Assembly (NCBI GenBank): GCA_045863235.1
Contig: BTUM01000006.1
Location: 104,002 to 168,001, forward strand
Direction of reading: 5' to 3'
Source of the DNA: Candidatus Xenobia bacterium
Lineage (GTDB): Bacteria; Vulcanimicrobiota; Xenobia; Xenobiales; QWHO01
Length of the DNA: 64,000 bases
Part shown: positions 35,689 through 44,701 of the stretch, piece by piece
Layout: the number at the start of each line of letters is the position of its first letter
Numbering within the stretch: position 1 is the stretch's first letter
Translations under genes and position numbers: made by a program
Notes under the pieces: model-generated
What the model was told of the DNA's origin: nothing
Seen by the model: the letters and a program-made list of their open reading frames with translations, nothing else
The model's database searches: none

Positions 35689-36793
35689 TTCCGAGAAGCC
35701 TGAGCTTGGCGTTGCGGATCATGCGATAGAGCTTGATGTCACTGGCATAGGTTTCGTGAGGCACCGGTGGGGTCTGCATAATCGCTTCGAATTCTCCCTC
35801 CGAGAAGCCCAGTTTTTTCAAAACGAACGGCCGGTCGATCTTGAGCTCTTCGGAGTCGTAGGGTGGACTCTGCAACGTCTCCAGAGCCGCCTCACGGGTA
35901 ATCTCTTGATTGTTGATCAGGCTCGAAAAGTGAATGCGACGCTTGTCGATACCCCACTTACGAGGCAGCACATAACCTTGATAGAACTTGGTGAAGATCG
36001 ATTCGTAGTGCTTGTAGCCGTAGGAGCGGAACCCGTACTCGCGGTTGAGGGTTTCCAGGGCCATGTCGCGACGGTAGAGCATGTTGTCCAGAAGGTAGAC
36101 CGGTCGGCACCAGAACGCCAGACGGCGCGAGAGCAAGTAGCTAAAGAAGCTCATCTGGGGAAACGTCCGCAGGCGCACCGTACCAAACTTGCGGTGAATC
36201 CCCCGCAGGTTGCGCAAGTCGCTCTTGATCCAGTTCCAGGAGGGAGGCATGTGGGACTCGGTCGCGGTATTGTTGCCCGCCAGCGAATAGCGTATGTTGT
36301 ATTTGCGTGCAACGCGGAAATTGGTTGCGAACTGGGCGTGGTCGGTAAGTAGCTCGATGTCCAGGACCGACGCTTTGAGAAACGCCCTCTGGAGGTCACG
36401 GAACTCCTCCCAGTTGATCACCAGGCTATGGAGATCGAAATTGCACTTTTCCAGGATATTCTTGATATTCGTGACGGCGACTTCGGAGTTCCAGCCGTTA
36501 TCCAGGTGAACGACCAGGGGGCGCAGACCGTGTACTCGGGCCAGATGCGCCGTGAAGGCGCTGTCCACGCCCCCACTGATTCCTAGCACGCAATCATAGC
36601 GCCGGCCGCGCCCGTCCCGCTTGATCCGATTCACCAGGCGGGCGACCCGCTCGTCCGCCTCGGCCTGCGTAGTGGGGAGTTTGGCGCGCATCGTATCCAC
36701 ATGATGGCAATAGTTGCAGATGCCCTGCTCGTCGAAGGTGATGTCGCGGTCGGTCGTGTCCATGACGCAGCGGACGCAAATCTGATAACTCAA
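35681..36793 (-). CDS. N-acetyl sugar amidotransferase (WbuX/WbpG-type)
   Basis: CVRCVMDTTD, CNYC, YDCVLGISGGVDS (PP-loop), DNGWNSE, KHYES, DKRRIH.S. TTG start overlaps the upstream stop. Confidence 0.92.
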   Translation of the reverse strand: MSYQICVRCVMDTTDRDITFDEQGICNYCHHVDTMRAKLPTTQAEADERVARLVNRIKRDGRGRRYDCVLGISGGVDSAFTAHLARVHGLRPLVVHLDNGWNSEVAVTNIKNILEKCNFDLHSLVINWEEFRDLQRAFLKASVLDIELLTDHAQFATNFRVARKYNIRYSLAGNNTATESHMPPSWNWIKSDLRNLRGIHRKFGTVRLRTFPQMSFFSYLLSRRLAFWCRPVYLLDNMLYRRDMALETLNREYGFRSYGYKHYESIFTKFYQGYVLPRKWGIDKRRIHFSSLINNQEITREAALETLQSPPYDSEELKIDRPFVLKKLGFSEGEFEAIMQTPPVPHETYASDIKLYRMIRNAKLRLLGSG

Positions 36794-37713
36794 GGCTCTT
36801 CCTCCGGCCAACCGAGGCGTCGCGCCACCTCTTGCTCCACGGGTTCCTTGCGAGCGACCTCGACCGGAAAACCCAGGGCGAGCGCGGCCACATCATCGAA
36901 GTTGCGGCGGCCGGGTGGCCCCACGCCCAAACGCGCCAGGGTCTGACGCAAAGTTTTGACAGGGTCCTGGCGTCTGTACACGTCCGGGAAGGTTACCGCC
37001 ACGATCTGGCCGTCCAGAGTCTTGCCGACCTTGGCTGTCTCATATTCGATTCGCACTGGCCAGCCCACAGAGACCGCGTCATAAACCTCAGTCAGGAGCT
37101 CAGGGTACATGCGCATGCATCCGTGCGTCAGGCTATTGCCGACGTTGAGCGGGTCGTTGGTGCCATGGATCCCGGTGCGCGGCAAGGAAAGACCGATCCA
37201 ACGCTCCCCCAGAGGATTTTTGGGCCCCGGACCAACCGGAGTCCGGTCCCTGGCCCACGAGGGCGGGTACCAGGTTGGATTCTTGATCTTCTCGATGATC
37301 GTGAACTGCCCGGTGCGTGTCGAGAAACGCCCTCCTTCGGCGGCCTCGTCACCGATCGAAATCGGATAGAAGTTGCGGAATTTCCCGCCCTGGAAAAGGT
37401 AGAAGCCTCTTTCAGGCAGATTCACCACGATTCCGTTGACGGGGGGGTTGGCCGGCAAGATTCGCCAGGTCGGGATAATGAGTCGGGTTCCGGGTCGCAC
37501 GCGCAGAGTCGTGACGGGGAATCCGTTGGCGAAGGCCACATGGTCGATCGCCAGCCGGAACCGGCGCGAGATGGACAGCAGATCTTCCCCTTCCACCGCG
37601 ACGTGCGTTTTGAGCTGGCCGACGCACCCGCGAGCGGTCTCGGCGCGTCCGGGGGCCACGAGGCAGAGGAACAGGCACAGGCACAGGCACAGGCACAAGA
37701 AGAGGAGCCTCAC
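36790..37713 (-). CDS. L,D-transpeptidase (YkuD) with LysM-like domain
   Basis: VNLPE, NPTWYPP, GPGPKNPLG, GIHGTN, THGCMRM. Confidence 0.92.
   Translation of the reverse strand: MRLLFLCLCLCLCLFLCLVAPGRAETARGCVGQLKTHVAVEGEDLLSISRRFRLAIDHVAFANGFPVTTLRVRPGTRLIIPTWRILPANPPVNGIVVNLPERGFYLFQGGKFRNFYPISIGDEAAEGGRFSTRTGQFTIIEKIKNPTWYPPSWARDRTPVGPGPKNPLGERWIGLSLPRTGIHGTNDPLNVGNSLTHGCMRMYPELLTEVYDAVSVGWPVRIEYETAKVGKTLDGQIVAVTFPDVYRRQDPVKTLRQTLARLGVGPPGRRNFDDVAALALGFPVEVARKEPVEQEVARRLGWPEEEP
37673..37696. repeat. AGGCAC x4 simple sequence repeat encoding Cys-Leu repeats in the L,D-transpeptidase signal peptide
   Basis: aggcac aggcac aggcac aggcac, protein LFLCLCLCLCLFLCL. Confidence 0.85.
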
Positions 37714-38249
37714 GACTCTTCCCCGCCTTCGAGCGCCTGCGGTTGCCAGCGAACCGAGGACAGGATTCCCAGGAAGACACTGGCCTGACCGGCGTAACCA
37801 GCACTGAGACAGCGGCAGTGAACGATCAACTCCTGGCCGTCGCGCACAGCGACGACCCGCACATGGCGCTCCACGGCGCCGTCTTCATTGGTTGCCTCGA
37901 ACACCAGCCGACGGCCCGCCACTCCGGCGATTGTGAACGGCTTATCCTCCAGGATACAGCCACCCAGGCGCACGACCACCGCGTAACGTAGGCCGGTCCA
38001 GATTCCGCGCTGCGTTCGGCCCTGGACCGGCTCAACGAAGACCGCAGCAGCCGATGACTTGTCGGGCGACCAGAGCTGAAAGGCCTGGTCCGCTTCCAGA
38101 CCGGAGGTTTCGACAACCCAATCGGCGGGCGGAGTCAGGGTCAGGCCGAGCTCCTCGTTGCTCACGGGCTCCGCGCCATAGACGGGTCCCCAGACCAGCC
38201 AGGCGACAAGCAAGCGCAGAGCCAAAGAAGTGAGGGCCCGTGACAACAA
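37710..38249 (-). CDS. Hypothetical exported protein (PsbP/DcrB-like fold)
   Basis: Signal peptide, LTLTPPADW, IAGVAGRRLVF, F..ILSSVRW. Confidence 0.55.
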   Translation of the reverse strand: MLSRALTSLALRLLVAWLVWGPVYGAEPVSNEELGLTLTPPADWVVETSGLEADQAFQLWSPDKSSAAAVFVEPVQGRTQRGIWTGLRYAVVVRLGGCILEDKPFTIAGVAGRRLVFEATNEDGAVERHVRVVAVRDGQELIVHCRCLSAGYAGQASVFLGILSSVRWQPQALEGGEES

Positions 38250-39038
38250 CTAAGGTCGGGCCTCTTTCTTGAATAGCAAAACGGTTCCGAAGCCCATCTG
38301 CGGGCAAACCCCGCGCTTGAACCACCACCGATTGAGCTGAAGCAGGATGCGCCGGAGCCAGGGCCAGCGGACCCGCGTATACTGCTCGGTCAGAATGCCA
38401 CGACGCTCGATCAGGCGCAGCCCCAGGGCAGGCGTCTGCCGAAGCAGGAAGCCCACGTCCAGCCGCCGAGTGCAGAGCTGCCCGCTCTTGTGCTCGCTCC
38501 AAAACTCCAGACCCCACGGGGTGGCGACCATGCGTGGGCTCTTCTTGCGCAGCAGCCGGCGCATCCAGACATCGAGACGCGACTCCGGGGAGCGAAGCGA
38601 GATCTCGCTCAAAGCCAGCAAACCTCCCGGCCTGAGAACCCGCACCAACTCGTGGAGCGCCTGCGCAACATCGGGGATATGCATGAGCACGCCACAAGCC
38701 ACCGCGTGGTCCATTGAAGAGCTGGCCAGGGAGAGTCGTGTCAGGTCGTCCTGGCGCAACGAGATTCGCGTCTCCAGGCCAGCCTCCGCTACGACTCGCT
38801 GCCCCTCGGCCAGAACCCATTCCGAGGCGTCCACCCCGGTGACCTGAAGCCCCTGGCGAGCTAAGATCACGGACTTGTTGCAACTGCCGCAACCCGCATC
38901 CAGCACCTGGGTTCCGCCAGCCGTTTTGAAGCGGCCGGCCAGGTGCTCGAAGATGGCAATATCGACGATCTGGCGGTCAGCCTGCCGGTAGGTTGCGATC
39001 CAATTTCGGTGGATCTGGCCATCGTTCCAGAAACTCAT
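38250..39038 (-). CDS. Class I SAM-dependent methyltransferase
   Basis: VLDAGCG, GVDAS, GVLMHIPD, RVLRPGG. Confidence 0.9.
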   Translation of the reverse strand: MSFWNDGQIHRNWIATYRQADRQIVDIAIFEHLAGRFKTAGGTQVLDAGCGSCNKSVILARQGLQVTGVDASEWVLAEGQRVVAEAGLETRISLRQDDLTRLSLASSSMDHAVACGVLMHIPDVAQALHELVRVLRPGGLLALSEISLRSPESRLDVWMRRLLRKKSPRMVATPWGLEFWSEHKSGQLCTRRLDVGFLLRQTPALGLRLIERRGILTEQYTRVRWPWLRRILLQLNRWWFKRGVCPQMGFGTVLLFKKEARP

Positions 39039-40180
39039 CAGGGCACGATGCTGCGAACCAGGAACAGGAGATTGAACAGGCCCATGCTGTCAAAGATTCC
39101 CTTTCCGCGCTGAGGCACGAAGACGACATCCCCGTCATTGATTTTTACGGAAGCGGCGGCGTCGGAGGGATTGCCACTCGTCAAGGCCTCGGTGACGTCA
39201 TACGTTTCGTGCTTGTTCTGACCGGCCTGGACATCTTCGGCGCGCACGACGATGATCTGGCCCAGATCGGCTTCCCGAGCCACGCCACTGGCCGTCAGGA
39301 CGTCGAGAAGCTTCTCGCCGCCCTGGAGTGGAATCGGGCCTTGTTTGGAGATCTCTCCCAGGACCATGGCCTGGCGCTCCGGAACGACCAGAGTATCCCC
39401 GTCCTGCAAGCTCAGAGCCTCGGATTGCATACCGCCCTGCGCGTCGGGGACTACGCGGATGACCAGCGGCTCCGGCAGGGTGGCGCGTTGCAGCTTGACC
39501 CGATGGACGGCAGCGGTGCTCTTGACGCCGCCGGCCGCCTTGATGGCGTCCGCCACCGGATTCTGAGACGTCCGGCTTACCGCGTAGATTCCCGGTTTTT
39601 GGACTTCGCCTGCGACGCTGATCCGATTGCCTGCATAGACGTACAGAATGTCACCAGGCAGGATTGGGATGGGCTGCGCGGTTCCGCTGGGAGGGCCAAG
39701 GTCGACGATAACATTCTTGTCTCGTCTTTGTAGCAGGGCGTTGTGAGGGTCCGCCTTCTCCGACAGCCCGCCAGCCAGAGCCAACACATCCAGGACCGTA
39801 GCCCCTCGTTCAATCGGGTAGCGGCCTTGAGATCTTACCTCGCCAAGGACCGCAACCTCACTCTTGGCGTAGGTCAGCAGTCCGACCTCGAAGCTGGGAT
39901 TGTTGATGCGTTTGGTCAAGCGCCGCCGGATTTCGGCACGGATGTCATCCAGGGTCTTCCCCGCCACGGGTAACGCGCCCATGAGAGGGTGATACAGCAT
40001 ACCATCTGCGCGGACGGTGTATTTTCTCTCTTGTTGAGGCAGCGAAAAGATGGAAATCTCGATCTCATCACCGGGTCGAATGCGGTAGGTCGACTGATCG
40101 AGCTCCTGAGCGGCCACCAGTTGGGCAAGCATCGTCAAGGCCAGCCAGAAAAGGGTTGTGCGGGAGCGGAGGAGCCACAT
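39038..40180 (-). CDS. Polysaccharide export protein (Wza/Poly_export + SLBB repeats)
   Basis: YRIRPGDEIEI, VRADG, GEV..GRY, LAGGL, three SLBB-like units, DGDVVFVP. Confidence 0.9.
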   Translation of the reverse strand: MWLLRSRTTLFWLALTMLAQLVAAQELDQSTYRIRPGDEIEISIFSLPQQERKYTVRADGMLYHPLMGALPVAGKTLDDIRAEIRRRLTKRINNPSFEVGLLTYAKSEVAVLGEVRSQGRYPIERGATVLDVLALAGGLSEKADPHNALLQRRDKNVIVDLGPPSGTAQPIPILPGDILYVYAGNRISVAGEVQKPGIYAVSRTSQNPVADAIKAAGGVKSTAAVHRVKLQRATLPEPLVIRVVPDAQGGMQSEALSLQDGDTLVVPERQAMVLGEISKQGPIPLQGGEKLLDVLTASGVAREADLGQIIVVRAEDVQAGQNKHETYDVTEALTSGNPSDAAASVKINDGDVVFVPQRGKGIFDSMGLFNLLFLVRSIVP

Positions 40181-40261
40181 GCCAGGGGATTCTGCTGTCC
40201 AGGAGCATCTCCTCCGGACAAACTGACAGGATCTGGTCCGCCACCTGCGGGCTACTTTCTT

Positions 40262-41275
40262 TCAGGCGGGTCGCCAACGCGCGCGCCACCTCTGGAGTGG
40301 GACTTCGACCAGGCGATAGGAGAGCATTGTGGCCAGTCCCACGGCCACCCAGGACTGCCAGCCGTGGGGCAGCGGGCCATCGTGTGCTTGCAGGAATAGC
40401 GGGTGCCAGAGGTAGAGGCTGTACGAGATGGCCCCCAGCCCAACCATCCACGGCGTGTCCAGCACCCGGACCAGGGGATGCCCCGGGTTGGACACGCACC
40501 ACCAGACAATCCAGGCCAGACAGAGGTCTCGCACGGTAGGAATCAGCACCGCTAAGCTCTCAGGGATGAAAGCTTGCCCTGCATACATCCCCAGGATCAG
40601 GCCCACGGCTGCCAGCATTGTCAAAGCCGTCCGTCGGCCGGGTCGCTGGTCAGCGGTCAGGAGAGCCAGGCTGCTCCCCATCATGAGGGTATCGAAGGCC
40701 GTGGATTGCAGCATGAGCGCCGGGCTGAACGCCAGGTGGCCGGCCTTCAAGATCCGCAGGATCGGCCAGCCAACCACCACTCCGAGCGCCAGAAACGTGG
40801 CGCGGCGCTTTCCGAGGAGGAGCAGCGCCGCCGGCCAGAAGAGGTAGTACTGCTCCTCGTAACACAGGGACCAGGTGTGTTCGATATTGTGGTCCCGGTG
40901 AGCGGACGTCAGGTTGAGACAGTAGCTAGCCGCGAGCAGCAGGCCGATCGGATCGGTGGGCCGGGCTCCCAGAAAGGGGATCAGCACCAGGACGAGCAGG
41001 TAGAGGTAGTAGGGCGGAAAGATGCGCAGGCATCGGCGTATGTAGAACTTCTTCAGGTCGATGCGGCCGTGCCGCTCTGCTTCCTGGAGCAGTAGGCGGG
41101 TGATGAGGTAGCCACTGAGGACGAAGAACAGACTGACACCCAGCCGTCCCGAGTAGGGGAACCACCAGGGCGCGGTCAGGTAGCCCGCGTAGCAAGCGTG
41201 CAGCCAGAGCACCAGCAGCACTGCGATCGCGCGCAGACCGTCCAGGCCGGCCCAGCGGGGGGAGTCGTCGGTCAA
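40262..41275 (-). CDS. Acyltransferase family 3 (OafA-like O-acyltransferase)
   Basis: LDGLRAIAV, FFVLSGYLIT, FYIRR..RIFP, HTWSL..EEQYY, SYSLYLWH. Start uncertain. Confidence 0.92.
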   Translation of the reverse strand: MTDDSPRWAGLDGLRAIAVLLVLWLHACYAGYLTAPWWFPYSGRLGVSLFFVLSGYLITRLLLQEAERHGRIDLKKFYIRRCLRIFPPYYLYLLVLVLIPFLGARPTDPIGLLLAASYCLNLTSAHRDHNIEHTWSLCYEEQYYLFWPAALLLLGKRRATFLALGVVVGWPILRILKAGHLAFSPALMLQSTAFDTLMMGSSLALLTADQRPGRRTALTMLAAVGLILGMYAGQAFIPESLAVLIPTVRDLCLAWIVWWCVSNPGHPLVRVLDTPWMVGLGAISYSLYLWHPLFLQAHDGPLPHGWQSWVAVGLATMLSYRLVEVPLQRWRARWRPA

Positions 41276-41595
41276 ACGATCCTGGTTTGGCCTCCGCGGA
41301 GGATGTCCTCCAATCCATGCGCTGACACAGACCCGCCTGTAGTGCCGACCCGGCGAGCTGCAATCGCGGCGACGAATGGTGATCAACCAACACTTCCGAC
41401 TCGCGGGCCTCGCTTCCACCTGGATCGGATCGCCGGCTGGAGGCGCAGCTCACTGGCACAAGCTGCCCGTGCGCCCCCCTGGCCCGCATTGGCTGGCAAT
41501 TTCGTTTGGAGAGGTTGTCCGGGTCCATCGTCCTGCCGAGCAGGCCATGACCGTCGCGGGAGGGTCCGCTTTGCCGTAATCAGAAAACTGCTCGA

Positions 41596-42516
41596 GTGCA
41601 GCGTCTTGTGTTTCGAGTCCTGATCCTGATCGGTCTGAGCGATGCTCTATTGGTCCTGGCCGTCAAGCGCGATTTCAGCCTTCTGCAGAAGGTCTGCCGC
41701 AGCGGGCTCTCGGGTTGTGCCAGCACGTTGCACGGACCTTACCAGCGCCTTTTGGGGGTGGACCTTGCGTACTGGGGAATTGGTTTCTTCCTGGTGTTGC
41801 TGGCTCTGGAGCTTCTCGGCCCTGGAAGGAGAAGATGGCAGACAATGCTTCTCTTTCCAGGTCTTGCGGTAGCACTGGGCTTGACCTGGATCCAGGTGTT
41901 CTGGCTGAGCACCCTCTGCACATTGTGCCTTTTGACTGTCGGCGTCACTCTCGCTCTTGTCTTGACTCTGGTCATCCGACGCCCGAGCGGACAATTGACG
42001 CTGCTGGCTCTCCCCTTCTTGCTGGCCCTGTCTGGCTTGCATCAGGACCCGCCCAACGCCCCTGAGCGGTTGGCCCTGCCACCGGCAGTTGCCCCGTACC
42101 TGATGATCTGGCAGCCTGGTCGGCCCGGTGGAGGGCATGTGCTCGTGCTGTTCGACTACGCATGCAGCCATTGCCGTCAGCTGCTGCCGGACCTGACCAG
42201 GCTTTCCAGAGACCGTCCCGACCTGCGAATTGAAATGCTCTATCTGCCCATTCTCACCAGTTCGAAGTCCGAGCAGTCTGCCCGAGTCGCGCTGGCGGCT
42301 CAGCAGAGGGGAGACTTTCCCCGTGTCCACCGGCGGTTGTGCCTCGAATTCGATTCCCCCGGCTCTTCCTCCGACCGCGCTGAGCGGACGATGGCTCCAG
42401 GTCAGACAGACCCCCTGCCCGCCCTGCGCAAGCTCGGGGCGGAACTGAAGGTCTACAGCGTCCCTCACGTTTATCTCCAGGGGCGCCGAAAAGGGAGCCA
42501 GCTTCGAGAGCTGTGA
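41596..42516 (+). CDS. VKOR family protein fused to a DsbA/thioredoxin-like domain
   Basis: C......C loop cysteines, LCTLC (CxxC), then FDYACSHC and the cis-Pro SVP motif. Confidence 0.8.
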   Translation: MQRLVFRVLILIGLSDALLVLAVKRDFSLLQKVCRSGLSGCASTLHGPYQRLLGVDLAYWGIGFFLVLLALELLGPGRRRWQTMLLFPGLAVALGLTWIQVFWLSTLCTLCLLTVGVTLALVLTLVIRRPSGQLTLLALPFLLALSGLHQDPPNAPERLALPPAVAPYLMIWQPGRPGGGHVLVLFDYACSHCRQLLPDLTRLSRDRPDLRIEMLYLPILTSSKSEQSARVALAAQQRGDFPRVHRRLCLEFDSPGSSSDRAERTMAPGQTDPLPALRKLGAELKVYSVPHVYLQGRRKGSQLREL

Positions 42517-42691
42517 ACCGTCGGAGAATCGCTGGACGATGGCCCTCAAGCTCGTGGCTCGAGAATCAACTGGAGCCAGCCACGCCCTGCAGCAAACCTG
42601 GTAGCACGGACGGGCCGTCTTCCGCCAGGATGACAATCAGCACTCCTCCCCACACTTTTACTCTCCTCACGTCATGCTGTATACTGCTGTC

Positions 42692-43246
42692 ATGAAGAAC
42701 ATGCGAGTGGTCGCCTTTGTCGGGGTCTTGATTGCTCTTGGCGTGTGGGCGTTCCTCGGTTCGCCGAGCCCGATCGAAACGCTGTTGAACGGAGGACAGG
42801 CATCTCTGACCGGTCCTCAAGATACTTACCCTCCTGCTCAAATCGAGGCCGAAATTGTCGAGTTGGCCAATCAGGAGCGGACAGCGAAGAACCTGCCGCC
42901 GTTGCAGGTCGTGGACCAGCTGTCCGTGGCCGCGCGCCTGCACTCGCAGGAGATGCTCGACAAGGACTATTTCGACCATGATTCTCCCACGGCTGGCCTG
43001 ACCACCCCCGCTGAGCGCGTTAAGGCTGCTGGTGTCTCGGTTCGGACGGTGGGCGAGAACCTCTATGAGTGCGAGGGCTACCGGGCAAAGGACGTCCCTG
43101 CCAGGACCGTGCAAGCCTGGATGAACAGCGAAGTGCATCGCAAGAACCTGCTCGATCCAGATTTTCGGTGCGTGGGAGTCGGGATTTCAGTCCAGGGGAA
43201 GCATGTTGTCGTCACCCAGGTTTTGTCGGGACCGGCTGACCAATAG
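42692..43246 (+). CDS. CAP (SCP) domain protein
   Basis: NQER, ARLHSQEM, YFDH, GENL, WMNSEVHRKNLL, VGVG. Confidence 0.9.
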   Translation: MKNMRVVAFVGVLIALGVWAFLGSPSPIETLLNGGQASLTGPQDTYPPAQIEAEIVELANQERTAKNLPPLQVVDQLSVAARLHSQEMLDKDYFDHDSPTAGLTTPAERVKAAGVSVRTVGENLYECEGYRAKDVPARTVQAWMNSEVHRKNLLDPDFRCVGVGISVQGKHVVVTQVLSGPADQ

Positions 43247-43438
43247 CCATTGACCCGCCGCTCAGGACGACCCGGAATTCATTCCGCCGCGGGGAAGGTC
43301 TGGGTGAGCGGGCCAGGCTGGCAGGCTGGCAGGCATTGGTGCTGACCCAGGCTACCCGACGTGCTTATGAAAGGGCCGCTGGTCGGTTTGCGCCGAAGCG
43401 ATGGCGAACCTGACCTGAGTGACTCAGTCAGGTTCTTC

Positions 43439-44545
43439 TCAGCTCTCCAAACAGGCTGTATCCGGACTCAGGGCCAGGCTCGCAGGCCTCAATGCTTCAA
43501 GGCTCTGGTCTTTCTCCAAGACAGCCTTTCGGTACCATTGCCAGAATCGTTCGATCCCCTCCTCCACATCGACTCTGGGCTGGTATCCGAGCAACTCGCC
43601 AGCCCTGGTAATGTCTGCGAAAGTGTAGGGGATGTCCGCCTCCATCATCCGTTCAGGGGTAAGTTTTGCTTTGCGCCCCGTCTTCTCCTCAACGATTCTG
43701 ACAAAGTCAGAGAGTTTCAGGGGTTGGCCGCGGCCCAGGTTGATCAACGCATAGCCCAATTGACGCTCAGTCGCCGCAATCACGCCGGATACGATGTCTT
43801 CGACATAGGTCCAATCGCGGAACATCTCGCCCTGGTTATAGAGCGGTGTCTCTCGGCCGAAGAAGATGTTGTCGAGAACCCGGTAGGCCATCATGTCCGG
43901 CCGTCCGCGCGGCCCGTAGACGGTAAAGAACCGCAGACTCGTGAAGTTGAGTCCATAGAGGTGGTGGTAGCTGTGAGCCAGGAGCTCGGCGGCTCGTTTC
44001 GTTGCTGGATAGGGGGCCAGGGGTCGATCGCACGGATCCGACTCATTGAAGGGCGTCACCTGGGTGTTGCCATACACCGAAGAAGTCGAGGAGAAGACGA
44101 AATTCTTGACCTGGTAGTCCCGGGCCTTGTCCAGAAGGTTCAGAGTCCCCTTCAAATTGATGTCGATATAGAGCGCTGGGTCCTCGATTGAGTTACGAAC
44201 CCCGGCCATGCCAGCGAGATGGACGACCTTGTCGATCTGGTGTTCTTGGAACAGCCGCTGTAGCAGGCCCGAATCTCGGATATCTCCTTCGACAAACTGA
44301 AAATGCTCAGGACTGGAGTTCTCTTGTTGTATCTCCTGAAGATTTCTACTCTTGCGGGTGGGAGAATAGTAGTCATTCAGGTTATCGATGCCGATAACCC
44401 GCTTGCCCGCTTTCAATAACTTGGTGGCGGCGTGGCTTCCAATAAAACCAGCCGAACCGGTCAGGAGTATTGTCTCCGGCCCTGGCAAGAGTCCTCCTAC
44501 GAATTCGAGCAACTCGACCCCCCACTGCCGTGGCCGCTCTGTCAC
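43439..44545 (-). CDS. NAD-dependent nucleotide-sugar epimerase (UDP-glucuronate 4-epimerase-like)
   Basis: TGSAGFIG, DNLNDYY, SSVYG, YPATK (YxxxK), LRFFTVYGPRGRPDM. Confidence 0.9.
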   Translation of the reverse strand: MTERPRQWGVELLEFVGGLLPGPETILLTGSAGFIGSHAATKLLKAGKRVIGIDNLNDYYSPTRKSRNLQEIQQENSSPEHFQFVEGDIRDSGLLQRLFQEHQIDKVVHLAGMAGVRNSIEDPALYIDINLKGTLNLLDKARDYQVKNFVFSSTSSVYGNTQVTPFNESDPCDRPLAPYPATKRAAELLAHSYHHLYGLNFTSLRFFTVYGPRGRPDMMAYRVLDNIFFGRETPLYNQGEMFRDWTYVEDIVSGVIAATERQLGYALINLGRGQPLKLSDFVRIVEEKTGRKAKLTPERMMEADIPYTFADITRAGELLGYQPRVDVEEGIERFWQWYRKAVLEKDQSLEALRPASLALSPDTACLES

Positions 44546-44701
44546 TTGCTCCTAATCCGGGAGCTTTCTCCGTCCGTCTCTTAGAAGCCTCTCACGACGT
44601 TCACGATTTGTCTTTTGGCGAATTGGCATCCGCCGGGCCAAGGACCCACCGCGCGCCGATGTCGTTCGTAGGTAGGTAGTTGATCAGAGGCAGAAACCGA
44701 G

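Noticed and set aside
43258..43311. Nested inverted repeats (ccgctca/tgagcgg, cggaat/attccg) as a structured RNA
   Set aside because: Short stems in GC-rich DNA between convergent genes, no recognised RNA family. At most a terminator-like element.
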